From NCBI GenBank assembly GCA_026026165.1, contig JAPEUD010000048.1:1-64000 (forward strand): 64,000 nt of DNA, read 5' to 3'. The DNA comes from Sarea resinae (lineage: Eukaryota). Under the pieces are notes generated by a model that worked only from the letters and a program-made list of their open reading frames with translations, was not told the DNA's origin and did not search any database. The translations under genes were made by a program, and so were the position numbers. Of the stretch, positions 23,534 through 35,362 are shown in pieces; within the stretch, counting starts at the first letter, position 1; each line of letters starts with the position of its first letter.

Positions 23534-25009
23534 TCAACTATCCTTGCTCAGAGGATCAATCGACTCGTCGGACAGTCTCTGTTTGCTAGGATCGTTCCTC
23601 CTCATAATGCCTTCGACGGGACCCAGTAAGCGCTGAAACCCATCTTTGCCTAGAGTTGCCACCTTCACCTCAGTACTACTCACGACGCTGGCGGCACGAG
23701 GGGCGTCGTTGAGCAGCGCCAATTCGCCAAAGTAATCACCTTTCTTATACGAATGAACCGGCGCTTCGGTGCCACGCTTGTAGACTTTAGCCTCGCCACT
23801 TTCCAGAATGAAAAAGGCCTCTCCGGGATCTCCTTCTTTGATGATCGTTGAGCCTGGAGGAAATTTTTGCGTATCGAGAGCGTCTGCGATCTTGGATCGT
23901 TCGTATGCCGTAAGAGTAGAAAGAAGAGGCACCTCCTCGAGAAAGCTTTCGTACATCCTACGTCGCTGAAATGCCGAGTCCATAAGTATACGCCTGAACG
24001 TCACACGATCGAGCGCCCAGAGAGTGGATGCAGCCTCGGTAGAGATGACCGTGGCCGCACGGGGGGCATTGTACATCAGTGCGAGTTCTCCAAAGGAGCC
24101 GCCGGGTCCGATCGTGGTCACCTTGTTGCCGATGCCGTCAGGCCCTGATTGAAACGAGCCGGCTGGATTGACGAAGATATCAAATTTGCCCTTTTCCACA
24201 ACGTAGAAGAAATCACCGACATCTCCCTGAGTGATCACCTTGATTTCCTTGGCCGGAATTGGCTTCTCAACCAGAGCACCGAGGACACGAGACGACTGCT
24301 CTTCGTCGAGGTGAGAGAAAAGAAAATTGTTGGAGACGGCCGTTTTGAGACGATTCAGTTGCTCTTGAGACTTGTGATGAAAAGGAGGATTCCAATTGTC
24401 ATTCAGCGAAGAGGATGGGTTCAATGACTCCGCCGAGACGGAGGTTCGGCGGCCCATGCTGTAATTTGTAGGCAATCCCTCGGCCGGTCCGGTGATTTGA
24501 GAAGGGAAAGAAGAGGGTGGAGTCGAGCCTCGGCCAGGTGAACCACCACGTCCGCCGGCGCCAGCGATACGGCCACCAAAGCTGTCATGGGCGCCATCTC
24601 CTCCGAAACCCCCAAAAGAGCTCCCGGAAGTATGAGGCTTCTGACTACCTGTGTCATCGTTCAAGGCACCACCGTCAAAAGCTGGATTTGTTGGAGAAGC
24701 GATCGCATCGTTTTCGTCCTCTTCTACGAGCTGATGCATTCCAGCCGACGAGCTGGCTTGATTCTTCCCGGACGAAGCACCACCGCCGGTGAACGGATTA
24801 CTCCCCGGAAAAGTGCTCTCAGCCATCGGGATTGTTTCCGACTGATCTGGTGACAGAAATGGCTTGGGAAGGAGGGATTCGGCTCTTTGTGTCTCGAGCC
24901 GACGGTTGAAAAAGTTGGCACAGAATTGCAAGATGTCGTGTGGTTGTCTCGCGATAACCTCACGATTGAGTGTCTCGAGCTCTTGGGTGTAGGCCAAGGG
25001 AAGCGACAT
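23534..25009 (-). CDS. pkaR: cAMP-dependent protein kinase regulatory subunit, 491 aa, intronless ORF
   Basis: N-terminal dimerization/docking motif QPHDILQFCANFF; inhibitory site RRTSVSAES; two cNMP-binding cassettes FGELALMYNAPRAA and FGELALLNDAPRAA. Confidence 0.96.
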   Translation of the reverse strand: MSLPLAYTQELETLNREVIARQPHDILQFCANFFNRRLETQRAESLLPKPFLSPDQSETIPMAESTFPGSNPFTGGGASSGKNQASSSAGMHQLVEEDENDAIASPTNPAFDGGALNDDTGSQKPHTSGSSFGGFGGDGAHDSFGGRIAGAGGRGGSPGRGSTPPSSFPSQITGPAEGLPTNYSMGRRTSVSAESLNPSSSLNDNWNPPFHHKSQEQLNRLKTAVSNNFLFSHLDEEQSSRVLGALVEKPIPAKEIKVITQGDVGDFFYVVEKGKFDIFVNPAGSFQSGPDGIGNKVTTIGPGGSFGELALMYNAPRAATVISTEAASTLWALDRVTFRRILMDSAFQRRRMYESFLEEVPLLSTLTAYERSKIADALDTQKFPPGSTIIKEGDPGEAFFILESGEAKVYKRGTEAPVHSYKKGDYFGELALLNDAPRAASVVSSTEVKVATLGKDGFQRLLGPVEGIMRRNDPSKQRLSDESIDPLSKDS

Positions 25010-27629
25010 CCAGGGAGGCAGTCGTCTACGTAAACGATGGCGAGAGGAGTGATTCCCGAGCCAGGTTCCTCGGCGTTGTTATGATGGGTTGGCAGGTGAT
25101 GTTGTTTGCTGCTTTGGCTGATGGTCGACGATGCTGCAGATGGACCGATGGCGGGTGGGCGCCCGAATGAGATAATGAAAGAGCCACCGAGGATGGGAGA
25201 TGCGATCTGGAGTCCGGATTAGGTTGCTTGCTGCTTTGCAAGAACGACGAAGGATTGCCAGCCGTCAGGTGGGCAGCAGGCAGCAGGCAATCAGGTACCA
25301 CGGTATCTGAAGTCAATCGCGAGACTGGCACAGGAAGGACCCCACTGGGACACTATCCGGTCAATCAATCTTGACACACTATCAGCCTCGCGTGCCCTGG
25401 ATGAGGATCGTGATGATGATGATGATGATGGGTACAAGAGACGGCCGTACTGCATAGGGTAGGATCGAAGACAGGAGGCGGTCGATCGAGCAGCGAGGGA
25501 TAGAGATGAGCGTGGCCCCGTTCTGAGAGTGGTGGTGCTTTGTGGTTTGGGGGTCACGGGTAGCAGCAACAACGACTTGGGTTTGGGTTGGGCGGATGGG
25601 ATGCGTCTCCGGAAGGTGTAAAGGTGTGTAGAGTAAACTTACCTAAGGCAAGGACGAGGTACTTGACGGTCGGGCAGGTCTCGTATGGAGAGGCAGGTAC
25701 CGTCGGCGAATAAGCTCTAGAGGTGGGTAGAGGGAGAATTGCGAGAAGGTTAGAACTGTGGGCAGGTGCGCTATTGGCCGGTGTGGTAACGCCCAGACGT
25801 CGACGGGTATTCTAGAAGGGCGTTGGAAGGTTCGGAAGCTTTGTCCACCCGTCGCCCTACACTCTACAGCTGGCACTTGCTTGCACACACGCGGCCTGTG
25901 CTGTGTCGCCCGGCGGATAGAACAACAACGAAGGAATTTCGAAGGACGGAAGAAAGGACTAGGGAAGAGGACAGAAGGAAAATGGAAAGGAGGGGGAGAT
26001 CCGTCACCCCGTTACGATCTACGTAGATGGATTGACCGACTGACAGTCGACACCGCTGGCCGCGTGTAACGTGGGCATCGGTGCGCACTCAGGCACCGAG
26101 GCACTGAGGCAGTCACTACCTTACCTTGGTACTGATATCAGTCTCATCCGCACGAGAGATGTGTCGGTCGTCTTGACTGGCTGGCGATTGCATCTCGTTG
26201 AAGAAGGTCGACGGTCGATGCTCGTTCGCAGCTTACCTGATGCGTGAGCATTGTCCGACGAGAGAGATCGGCAATTCAGCGGTACTGCGGGTAGGGTACA
26301 TGGATACGCACACATCTTGGGCGGGACCGAAAGTACCGTGACCTCCGGTACGGCTTCGACTGAGGTGTCAAATCGCTCCAGCTGCTTAACGTAGGTAGGG
26401 TGGGTACCCAATGTCGCGTAGCACCTGCGGAAGGCACGAGGTATTCCCCCATTCTACGAAGTACCCCCTCCATACCTATGGATCCATTGCACCACCATCC
26501 ATCATGCATCGATGCATCGATCTGCTGCTGTTGAGATGCAATTAGGGTCACTCTCGATGCTCTCACTCCATCTCTTTGGCATGAATATCAATGGAGACCT
26601 TCGACCCATCCCCCAATCGTCTATCTCGTGACGTAATTTGTGATGCTCTCTTCGTCCATGGAATCTGATTCGCCAGGGAGGTCTGCGCGCGTGCATGCGG
26701 CTTACCCTTACCGGTATAGAGACTACGCTTGAGAGCGGGTCCGTGTGATTCCGTCTGTTTGCTGGAGGGCCATCTGCGGAACAGAGTACATACCATAGTA
26801 GTACTCTAGAGTCTTGCCAAGTACTAGGGAGGTACCTTACTGCGGTAAGGTATATCCGTACTTCGTAGAGCGTTTGGTATCCTTGAGTCGTCGTGGTTCG
26901 AGCATATTACGGATGGCGGGGAGATTGGGGAGTCATTGGGAAATTACCATGGTGCAGTCGTGAACATCTAGCTCGACGTGATATCTCTACCTTGGGTGAT
27001 CTCGAAGCCACGGTGATCGAGTTGGAAGATACGAGTGCTTCATACTCCATGCGCGATGGTGCCCGAAGCCCCAAATCTTGTCACTTGAACCTGAGTGACG
27101 AAACTACTCCGTACAGCGCCGTGAATCATCCTTAGCGGTGGCACCATTCTCCTCCCATTCTCGCACTTTCACCAGATCCTCGACCTATTCTCTCGCTTGC
27201 TGACCACCGTTGGCCTCTCTCGGTCCCAGCTCCCAGCTCCCAGCCTCCAGCCTCCAGCCTCCAGCCTCCTGAACCCCGTCATTTCGACGCTTCGCATTTC
27301 TCACCGTAGTCCTGGCCTGATCGTCCTGATTCCGTACTTCTACTCTGTACTTCGAACCGTCAATTCTTCACCCGCCTGCGCATGAGCCGTTGAACGATCG
27401 AAAGCGCTGTCTTGATTGCTTCTCAGACGTTGAGGTGCCCACTTGCTTGCATTCCGGCTCTATCCCGGCTTCTGCCACCCTTTCGAATTCGGATACCTCA
27501 CACGTCATCTTTCGCCAGCGCAGCCCTTCGAGCGCATTGAGCGAGAGTCGCAACAGCAAACTCCTTGCTTCGAAGCCTCTGATATTGTCATTCCACTACG
27601 CCGACGATTAACTTCAAGCACCAACGAAT

Positions 27630-30002
27630 ATGGGCAGCTTCGTCTTCAGATGGTATGTAGGAGTATGCGTTGCGCTGGCCTATTTCATTTTCCGGGCTTC
27701 TGCCTCAATTCAACCTGCCCCAGTGTTTCTAGAGAACGAAGAAGCTGACTGGTCCTTTCTCGATATAGGGAGCATCCCGCGAAAGAGGTCTTCGTGACGG
27801 GCACTTTCGATGACTGGGGAAAGTCTGTCAAGCTTGATCACAAGAATGGCGTATTCGAGAAAGATGTCCAATTGCCAGAAACGGGGGAGAAGATATACTA
27901 CAAAGTAAGTGAGACGATTCAGATTTTCCCTTGCGCTGAGGAGGATGGCTTCTGCCCACGCTCTATTTCTGGCGGTTTCGAAAAAGATTGGTGAAGCTTG
28001 ATGGCAATTCTCTCTTCAATCATCATCGCTCTTTCGTCCGATGCCTCTTTGGGGGTGCCGTTTTGCCGCGGCGCCTTACGCTTGACAGAACACGCGTAAC
28101 TTACCTTGGGCTGACGGTCTGCCCTGGAGCGGTGAGCGGTGAGCAATTTGCGTGGGTGCCTAGATGTGGTCTCTCGTCTCTGGTCTTCTCGGGTGTTCCA
28201 CAAGGCAGAACGGCACAAGCCGAGGCCTAGTCTACCCCTCTATGTCATCTCATGTCATCTTGCGAACCACCATAGCCTTGATTTCTTGTCACTTACACAT
28301 CTCATCTACCATATAGTTCGTCGTCGACGGCAATTGGACCACTGATCACACTGCCCCTCAAGAAAACGACGGACAGTTCAACCTCAACAACGTCCTTCTA
28401 CCCGAGAATATCAAGAAACCAACCATGTCTGGTGTAACGCCCTCGTCGACCACGTCGGCCCTCGCTGCCGGCGTTCCGAAGGAATCGAGCAGAGAAGCCG
28501 AGCCGGCCACAAGCAATGGTGTCAACAGCTCGTCTTCGATGCCGGGTGACTTCCCAGAGACTCCTGCCAATGAGGCCTCTGACTTCTCCGTCAACCCCAT
28601 TCCAGCAACCTCTGGCATTGGGAACCCAGTAAAGCTCGCCCCAGAAGAGAAGGTTCCTGAACCCAGCACTCTTACATCCAACACCATCTCGTCTACTGCT
28701 CATGACGATCCGTCTCTTGCAAAGAGCGCAGATGATTCCGAAAAGACTTTCGGGGTCGCGCCTTTGCCCGCGACGGGCGGTGTAAGCAACCCGATCAGCC
28801 TCGAGCCGGGTGAAAAGGTGCCTCACCCGAGCGAATACACGTCCAATACCATCAACTCCCACGTCACCACTGATAAAGAGTCCTACGAGAAGGCTGGGTC
28901 TGGTGCACCGCAATTGGACTCACCCGTCACCCCGCAAGTTGAGCGCGAAAAGAGAGGTGCTGGCCTCTTTGGACTTCCAGCCGACACCGGCAACCTGATT
29001 CCTGAGTCCAGCCTTCCGATGGGCTCTTCGGCGGAGACGGAACGCGATCCAGGCGTTACAATTCAGTCAGCTGCTCCAACAAGTACGACTGCTACCTTGG
29101 CCGCAAATGTTCCGCTTGAGCCACGAGGCGCCGCCTCAGAAGTGCCCGAGGTCGTCAAGGACAGTCAGGAAGAGGCAAACGCAGCCCCGGAAGCCAGTGG
29201 ATCTGCTGCAGCAGTTAGTGAGAAGGCCGAGGTAGAACAAGAATTGAAGAAAGAGGTTTCACCGGAGCCGCCAACATCTGAAGGGACTGCCGGAGAACCG
29301 TCGACAAATGGCTTGACGACTGGAATTGCAGGAGCAGCGGCTGGGGGTGCTGCCGCGGCCGCAACGGCAGTGTCCGCTGCCAAAGATACGCTTCCTGCAT
29401 CCATCACCAACTCCATCTCTGCGATCAACTCTTCTGCGGATAAGACTGCCACGGATGTTCCTGAGGTTGTACAAGAGTCTATCAGTGCAGCAAATCAAAG
29501 CCCCGAGGCTGCTGGAAACAAGGAGGCAGTAGTCGAAAAGAAGGCCGTGGAGACCGAGCTGCTCAAGGACGTTAAGCCGGAAGAGAGCACCGGAGAACCC
29601 GCCCCAACAGCTAGTGCTGCATTGACCGAATCTGCACCAGCCCCGACTGCAGCGTCTACGACATCCGCTGCTCCCACCTCTGCGAAGACGGAAGGTCTCG
29701 CTGGGTCGGCGGCCTCGCCTGCTCAAACGCCCATCACGAAAGAGGCCGAAACTAAGGCCGCCGCCCCGGTAGATGCCTCAGCTCCCACCGAATCACAACC
29801 TTCGGTTACGACTGGTGTTGGCGCCAGCAAGACTCCCGCCGTCTCCAAACCCACTGCTGAGACCAAGGCCCCTCAGACACCCGAAAAGGCCGAGCCATCG
29901 AGCGAGAGCCCGCGTCCGTCGACCAGCGCGACGGAGAAGAAAAAGAAGCGAACGAGCATATTTGGAAAATTGAAGGAGAAGTTTTCGCATGAGAAGAAGT
30001 AG
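27630..30002 (+). CDS. CBM48 (AMPK-beta-type glycogen-binding) protein with long Ala/Pro/Thr/Ser/Glu-rich tail, Crp1/Mdg1-like; introns ~27653-27768 and 27905-28316
   Basis: Spliced N-terminus MGSFVFRW/EHPAKEVFVTGTFDDWGKS...KIYYK/FVVDGNWTTD...NNVL; MPGDFPETP; repeated P.PAT.G..NP..L.P.EKVP; basic C-terminus KKKKRTSIFGKLKEKF. Confidence 0.85.
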
Positions 30003-31399
30003 ATACCAGACTGTTCCTTTGCTTTGAGATTCCCTGTATTCATACCTTTTTCCTGTCGATAGGCCCGAGGTGATGAAAGCTCGAAGATGAGGATTTTCTT
30101 TGGCGTGTCATTGATTCCCTTCCTCTCGACGCGCAACGATGATGGTCGTCGGTCTACAGCGTATGTGCGCTGTATGCGCACTCGTCGTGGTCGAGGTAGA
30201 TAATACTTAATGAAATTCCCCATTTGTCCTACCTAAAAAACATCAATCCATCCATATGAGTGTACTCCGCAAAGAAATAAAAGGCCTTGAGATACCTCGC
30301 AGGGTCGAAATCGATTGACCACTGCCACCACGAGATCTTATAGTATCTCCAATATCTCAGAAAGACGGCTAGAAAGGATGGGCTTATGCAGACAAAGCAA
30401 ACGAGGTACCTGTTGATTTTGCACAGCCACAGCTCTGGACCTACAACTGCCCATCCTGATGTTTTTGTATTACGCATCTCCCACTCACTCTGAAACGTGC
30501 ATGTATCCTCGTCTCTCGTTTGCGCATTCTCACATCTTGTAGAGCAAAACGATCGACTCAGCTGAGGCAAAATTTCAAGAGTCACATCCAACCGTCATGA
30601 TATTGTTCCGAGTGGTGAGTTCCGGACAAGGTCCAAATTGGCTTTTCTCAACTGTTGCATGCCGAGACTCTTCCTCTTGGTGCACACACTAGGCAGCTCC
30701 ACAGTACCGCGATGAGATCACTCTTCAGCTTGTCGATCCGGGCTTGACCTTGTCAGTGTCGGTCACATATGCCTTTTGCTATGATCTCCGCTCATATTCT
30801 TGTGGCTGTTTCATCTTGCTCGCGATGCCATGTCTTTTGGGTAGTCCGTAGGCGATATTTTCATGCTTCTGGAGTAAGCCAAACACATGGATCTACGATG
30901 CTGGTTATGACGAACACAAGAATGCCCTTTCATAGATCCAGCAGCTCTTCAGGGGGCTCAAATGTTTCATTCACGCCTTGGGAATCTGCATCGGCTATTG
31001 GAAGAATTCGTCAGGCCCTGGCTCCCACGCTTTCCAACTCACCGTAAATGAATGCCAAAGCTTCCTCAACAGATACCCAGAGCTTGCCTGGGCCAATCTT
31101 GACTATCCGCTCAAGGAGCTATGGCCGTGAGTCAACTGGCCTCGCAAGAGAGACCACGTCGACCGATTGAAAGGCCAGCTGAATGGCCATGTGCACTTTA
31201 TACGAAGTATCTGGCCCTGTTCGTTCCTTTCCCAACGCTCGATTCATCTTTGCTGATCATTCTAGAAGGAAGTCTCTATTACAGCTTGATTGATTGCTGC
31301 AGTGTGGAGCCCGCCCTATCGAGAAGCAATTGGGCTGCGTCACTAACGGCAATGTGAATCATCGTCGTGTGTCCATTCCCAGGCTCTGTACACTCTGTG

Positions 31400-32226
31400 G
31401 CTGGGAATACTCTATCCTGGGTATTGGTAAATTTGCCCTTCTATGGACTTGGGGTTGACGAGTCTTCAATCATAGATGCCATCTGGGAGACTAGAAAACA
31501 AGCGCAGGGGACTCGAAGCAACTATTGAACATCAGCATTTGTCACTTTGTTGCATAGCAGCACTCGGCCTCTCGTTAACTCAGTCGGCGCATGCTGGGGC
31601 GGATTCATCATGATCAAAGCCGCCAACGCCGAAGCTCGCGGAACATACAATTTGGTGGGTTTCTTGTCCTCTTCGTCCTGTTCATCGTACTAGGGTCGAT
31701 GTCCAGGGCCCTCCTCTAAGGTCCGTCCCACGACGTCATCATTGTTCTCTACTTCTTGTGCCAATTGGCCTCCCGCTTTGGGCTGAATTTTACCACACAT
31801 ATCATCGCGGCAGAGGTCTTTCCGACACGCAATAGGTGCACTTTCCATGGCTTGAGCGCTGCAGCTAGCAGGCTAGGTTCGGTTCTCCTCCAGATTTTCC
31901 TCGAAGTTTTTCGGATCGGCCGAAAGGATAGCAAGAATCAGGATATTATGAATCAGGATACCAATGATCTGGACGAGTGGCTCGGCCACGCCTTGCGAAT
32001 CTTCGCTACGTTCATGCTTCTCGGAGCTCTCATGACCCACTTTTGGGTTCCGGAAACACGCAGTTCGGAAGGAATGAGAAATTCACTTCAAGAGCTTGGC
32101 GAAGGGCTACATAGAGAGCACGGCGAAAAGCTGGCCGCGTCGACGAGTGAAAATCCTACGTTGGTCCTGCGCCGTCTGAACGCGGTTGAGGCTTCATACT
32201 CGGATCCGGTTAGCAAGTCGCTCTAG
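31400..32226 (+). pseudogene. Decayed Pho84-like MFS phosphate transporter fragment (C-terminal half)
   Basis: SWVLVNLPFYGLG, RNIQFGGFLVLF and FGLNFTTHIIAAEVFPTRNRCTFHGLSAAASRLG resemble Pho84-family motifs. They are interrupted by stops (~31526 TGA, 31717 TAA) and a frame change; no N-terminal half was recognised. Confidence 0.7.
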
Positions 32227-33691
32227 TGAGATGAGTTAGCATCTGCAAGGCGTTTGGTTTGCACGGTTGGGGCTGGACTGGGGCATCGTTTGCGGGGTGT
32301 GGGGTGAACAGGCGGAGAGGAGATTGCATCGGAGAATACTTGATCTTGATCTTGACGAATGGGCTGTCCATGACAAGAATAATACGAGGATTCCATACTG
32401 TAGCAGCAAGACGGGAATGACTAAGTAGGTAGGCCTGGCTGTTGTACCGCAGTATGCCCGACGATGCTTTGCACTCGTAGCTCCACGATCGGGGCATGAC
32501 TTTCGGCTGGAACACCAAAGCCTCATGCTGATCAGAGCTGATTCGATTGAATCGACTGCAAGCGTTGGGTTGGACCTCGGCTCTTCTCCGGAGTTCACGT
32601 TGCTGCCGATGTCCTTTTGATATGGATCGTCGTCGAAGCGTTGAAGCGACTCGCGTACGGAGCACGGCAAGAGCTGAGTCGAAAGGAGGAGACGCCAAGC
32701 TAAGCTCAGATGCACCCAAACTCCGGAATTGGCGTCGATGATCGGGTATGGCGACGCGACTAGAGAGTGGTCCGGAGTAGTCCTGACGCGGCTCCATGTG
32801 GCCAAGGTCGCCAATGTGGCCGCTGGATCATGCCATCCTTGAAGGAGGTCAAGGATGGCATTCGGAGTACGCCGGACAGGGCGGGAGTTCCTGCGCAGTT
32901 AGGCTTTACCCCGTCAGGGGGAGGGGCCCGGCAATGCCAGGGACTGACTTGCACGGCGAAGCGAAGGTCTAAAAGGGGAAAGTCGCTTCTTGCCAGCTCG
33001 GACCAAGCGAAAGTCGACGGCATTTCCTCATTGCGACTCCACCTCCACCACCAAAAGGAGATGATAGGCATCCGGTAGCCGGCATCGATAAGCAGCCGCC
33101 TGGCTCGAGGTGTGCTCGAAGCAGAAGGCCCAATGAAGATCACAGGTCTAGCAAAAGTCAAAGGATATTCCGATCAACCTTGCCTTCACTCTTTTCCCTC
33201 TTTGCACGCCATGGCCGAATCAGATGCCTCAATGAGCCCTCCTCCGTTCGACTGTTCGACCGTTCGATGGCCCTCCCCACCACGTGTTAGCGGTCCAGCA
33301 ACGGCATTCGATCCTCTTGTCCATCAAAGACTTCTCAAGCACCTTCCCCACATGTGCCAGTAATGGTCCAGAGCGTGAGGGTGATGATCCCATTCGTGCC
33401 GGCCTCATTATCTCCTCCTCTCGAACATGGTCAAACCTTGTTGCTCCATCTGGAAGGTGGGGAACTCTCATTTCCTCACTTCCTCAACTCCCCGTCTCTG
33501 AGGACCATAAAAGCGGGCGATGTTCGACCACGAGATGGAGAGGGAGGAGTCTCTAGCACAGCCCATCCACCCAAGTAATCACTGGCCAGACTGACAGGCT
33601 CGATCTCTCTCGCGCGGCCTCGGAAAGGACAATTGTTGTTTAGGACAGAAGCACATCTGAGCATTGCCTAGAGCTGTCGCGGACGACGAAG

Positions 33692-34706
33692 ATGCGGTCG
33701 ACCCTTTTTTCAGTTGCGCTTGGCGCTCTCTTCTGCCAAACCTCGCTGGCTTTGCCTGCCGTCCTCGAATCCAGGGGTAAGCGCGTCGCTTTACTGGCAT
33801 CATGGTCTACTGCTAACGACCACTAGACGTCAGCCCCAGTCTCCTGGCTACGTTCAATCTGTTCGAGCAATATGCCGCGGCATCGTACTGTACCGAAAAC
33901 AACAACAGCACGGGCAGCAAGTTGACTTGCAGCGTGGGCAACTGCCCTGAGGTCGAAGCAGCCAATACCTATACGGTCATCGAGTTCCAAAAGTAAGCCA
34001 GCCTGGTGTCGGCTAGACCATTCTTGAGGAACACTTCTGACGATGCTACAGCTCCCTCGTGACCGACGTGACGGGCTACGTTGCCGTTGACAGCACCAAC
34101 GAGCTCATCGTCGTTGCATTCCGTGGCTCCGAATCCCTCCGCAACTGGCTGTCCGACGCCGACTTCCCCTACGTGGCCTCCAACCTCTGCGACGGCTGCC
34201 TCGTCGACCAGGGGTTCTGGGACTCGTGGTCCGAAGCCAAGTCGGACATCCTGAGCGCCGCCAAGAACGCCTCGACCCAGTACCCCAACTACCAGATCGT
34301 CGTGACGGGCCACAGTCTCGGCGCGGCCATCGCCACCTTCGCTGCTGCCGAGCTGCGCATCGACGGCTACACGGCGGCGCTGTACAACTTCGGCTCCCCA
34401 CGCGTCGGCAACCTGAAGACGACGGAGCTGATCGGCAACCAGACGGGCGGCAACTACCGCATCACGCACTTCGACGACCCCGTGCCCAAGCTGCCGCCAG
34501 ACTTGATCGGATACACGCACATCTCGCCCGAGTACTGGATCACGACGGGCAACAGCATCCCCGTCGCCGACAACGACATTAGCCTCTGCTACGGCGACGA
34601 CAACAACACCTGCAATGGTGGTACAGCCGTCGGCCTCGACATCGCCGCTCACAAGTGGTACTTTGGCCCCATCGACTCTTGCTATCCCCTTCAAATCGAG
34701 ATCTAG
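33692..34706 (+). CDS. Secreted class 3 lipase (alpha/beta hydrolase), three exons
   Basis: Signal peptide MRSTLFSVALGALFCQTSLALP; FEQYAAASYC; VVAFRGS; nucleophile GHSLG; FGSPRVGN; DPVPKLPP; HKWYF. Introns ~33777-33827 and ~33993-34051. Confidence 0.92.
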
Positions 34707-35362
34707 GTTGTCATCGCGACGGCCAGGGGGGTGGGGTCTTTTCTTCTTCGTGAATATATAATCATATGTCTGATGGGTAAATACGGGCTGTACTTGCCCT
34801 TGCCTTGGATTGCTAATCATCTAATTTGTATTTGTACATACCACCTAAATCCAGATGAGGAAAAAAAAAACAAGACTACCTATTCCAAGTACATCACTTA
34901 TCGGTGAAAGAGAAAGTGCATAGCTATTATATCTATCTCCTTATTTCCACTCTTTCTCTTAAAAAGAGCTATCATTTTAAGGTCTAGTAAAAGCCCAAGG
35001 CAAATCTATCTCCCACGTGCGCCGAAAGACTACTATAACGCGGCTTGTCTGGGTTGTGCCTGTCTGGCTATTATATAGTAGCGCTCCTTGCAATTATAAC
35101 TAGATCTACTTCCTACTCTAACCTGACTTTTATTCATCGGCCCTCTATCTATCTTACGTGTTCTCTAAAACAAATCAAATTAATGATTGTATACCATAGA
35201 CTGCACGGCCACTACTCAAGGATGCAGCTTACAATGCCAGAGATCAAAATGATATATCAATTGTGCATCTATGTCTATCGAAAACCACATATGCGAACAT
35301 TATCAAAGATAGGCCGTGGAGGAAACGAAAACAAACACGAAGACAAAGGAAACTAAGGAAAT

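Noticed and set aside
32210..32814. Overlapping 192-195 aa minus-strand ORFs
   Set aside because: No recognisable domain; cannot be supported as genes.
33969..34820. 283-aa minus-strand ORF (and the 314-aa ORF at 60889-61833)
   Set aside because: Antisense shadows of the GC3-rich lipase and UGT genes; no motifs of their own.
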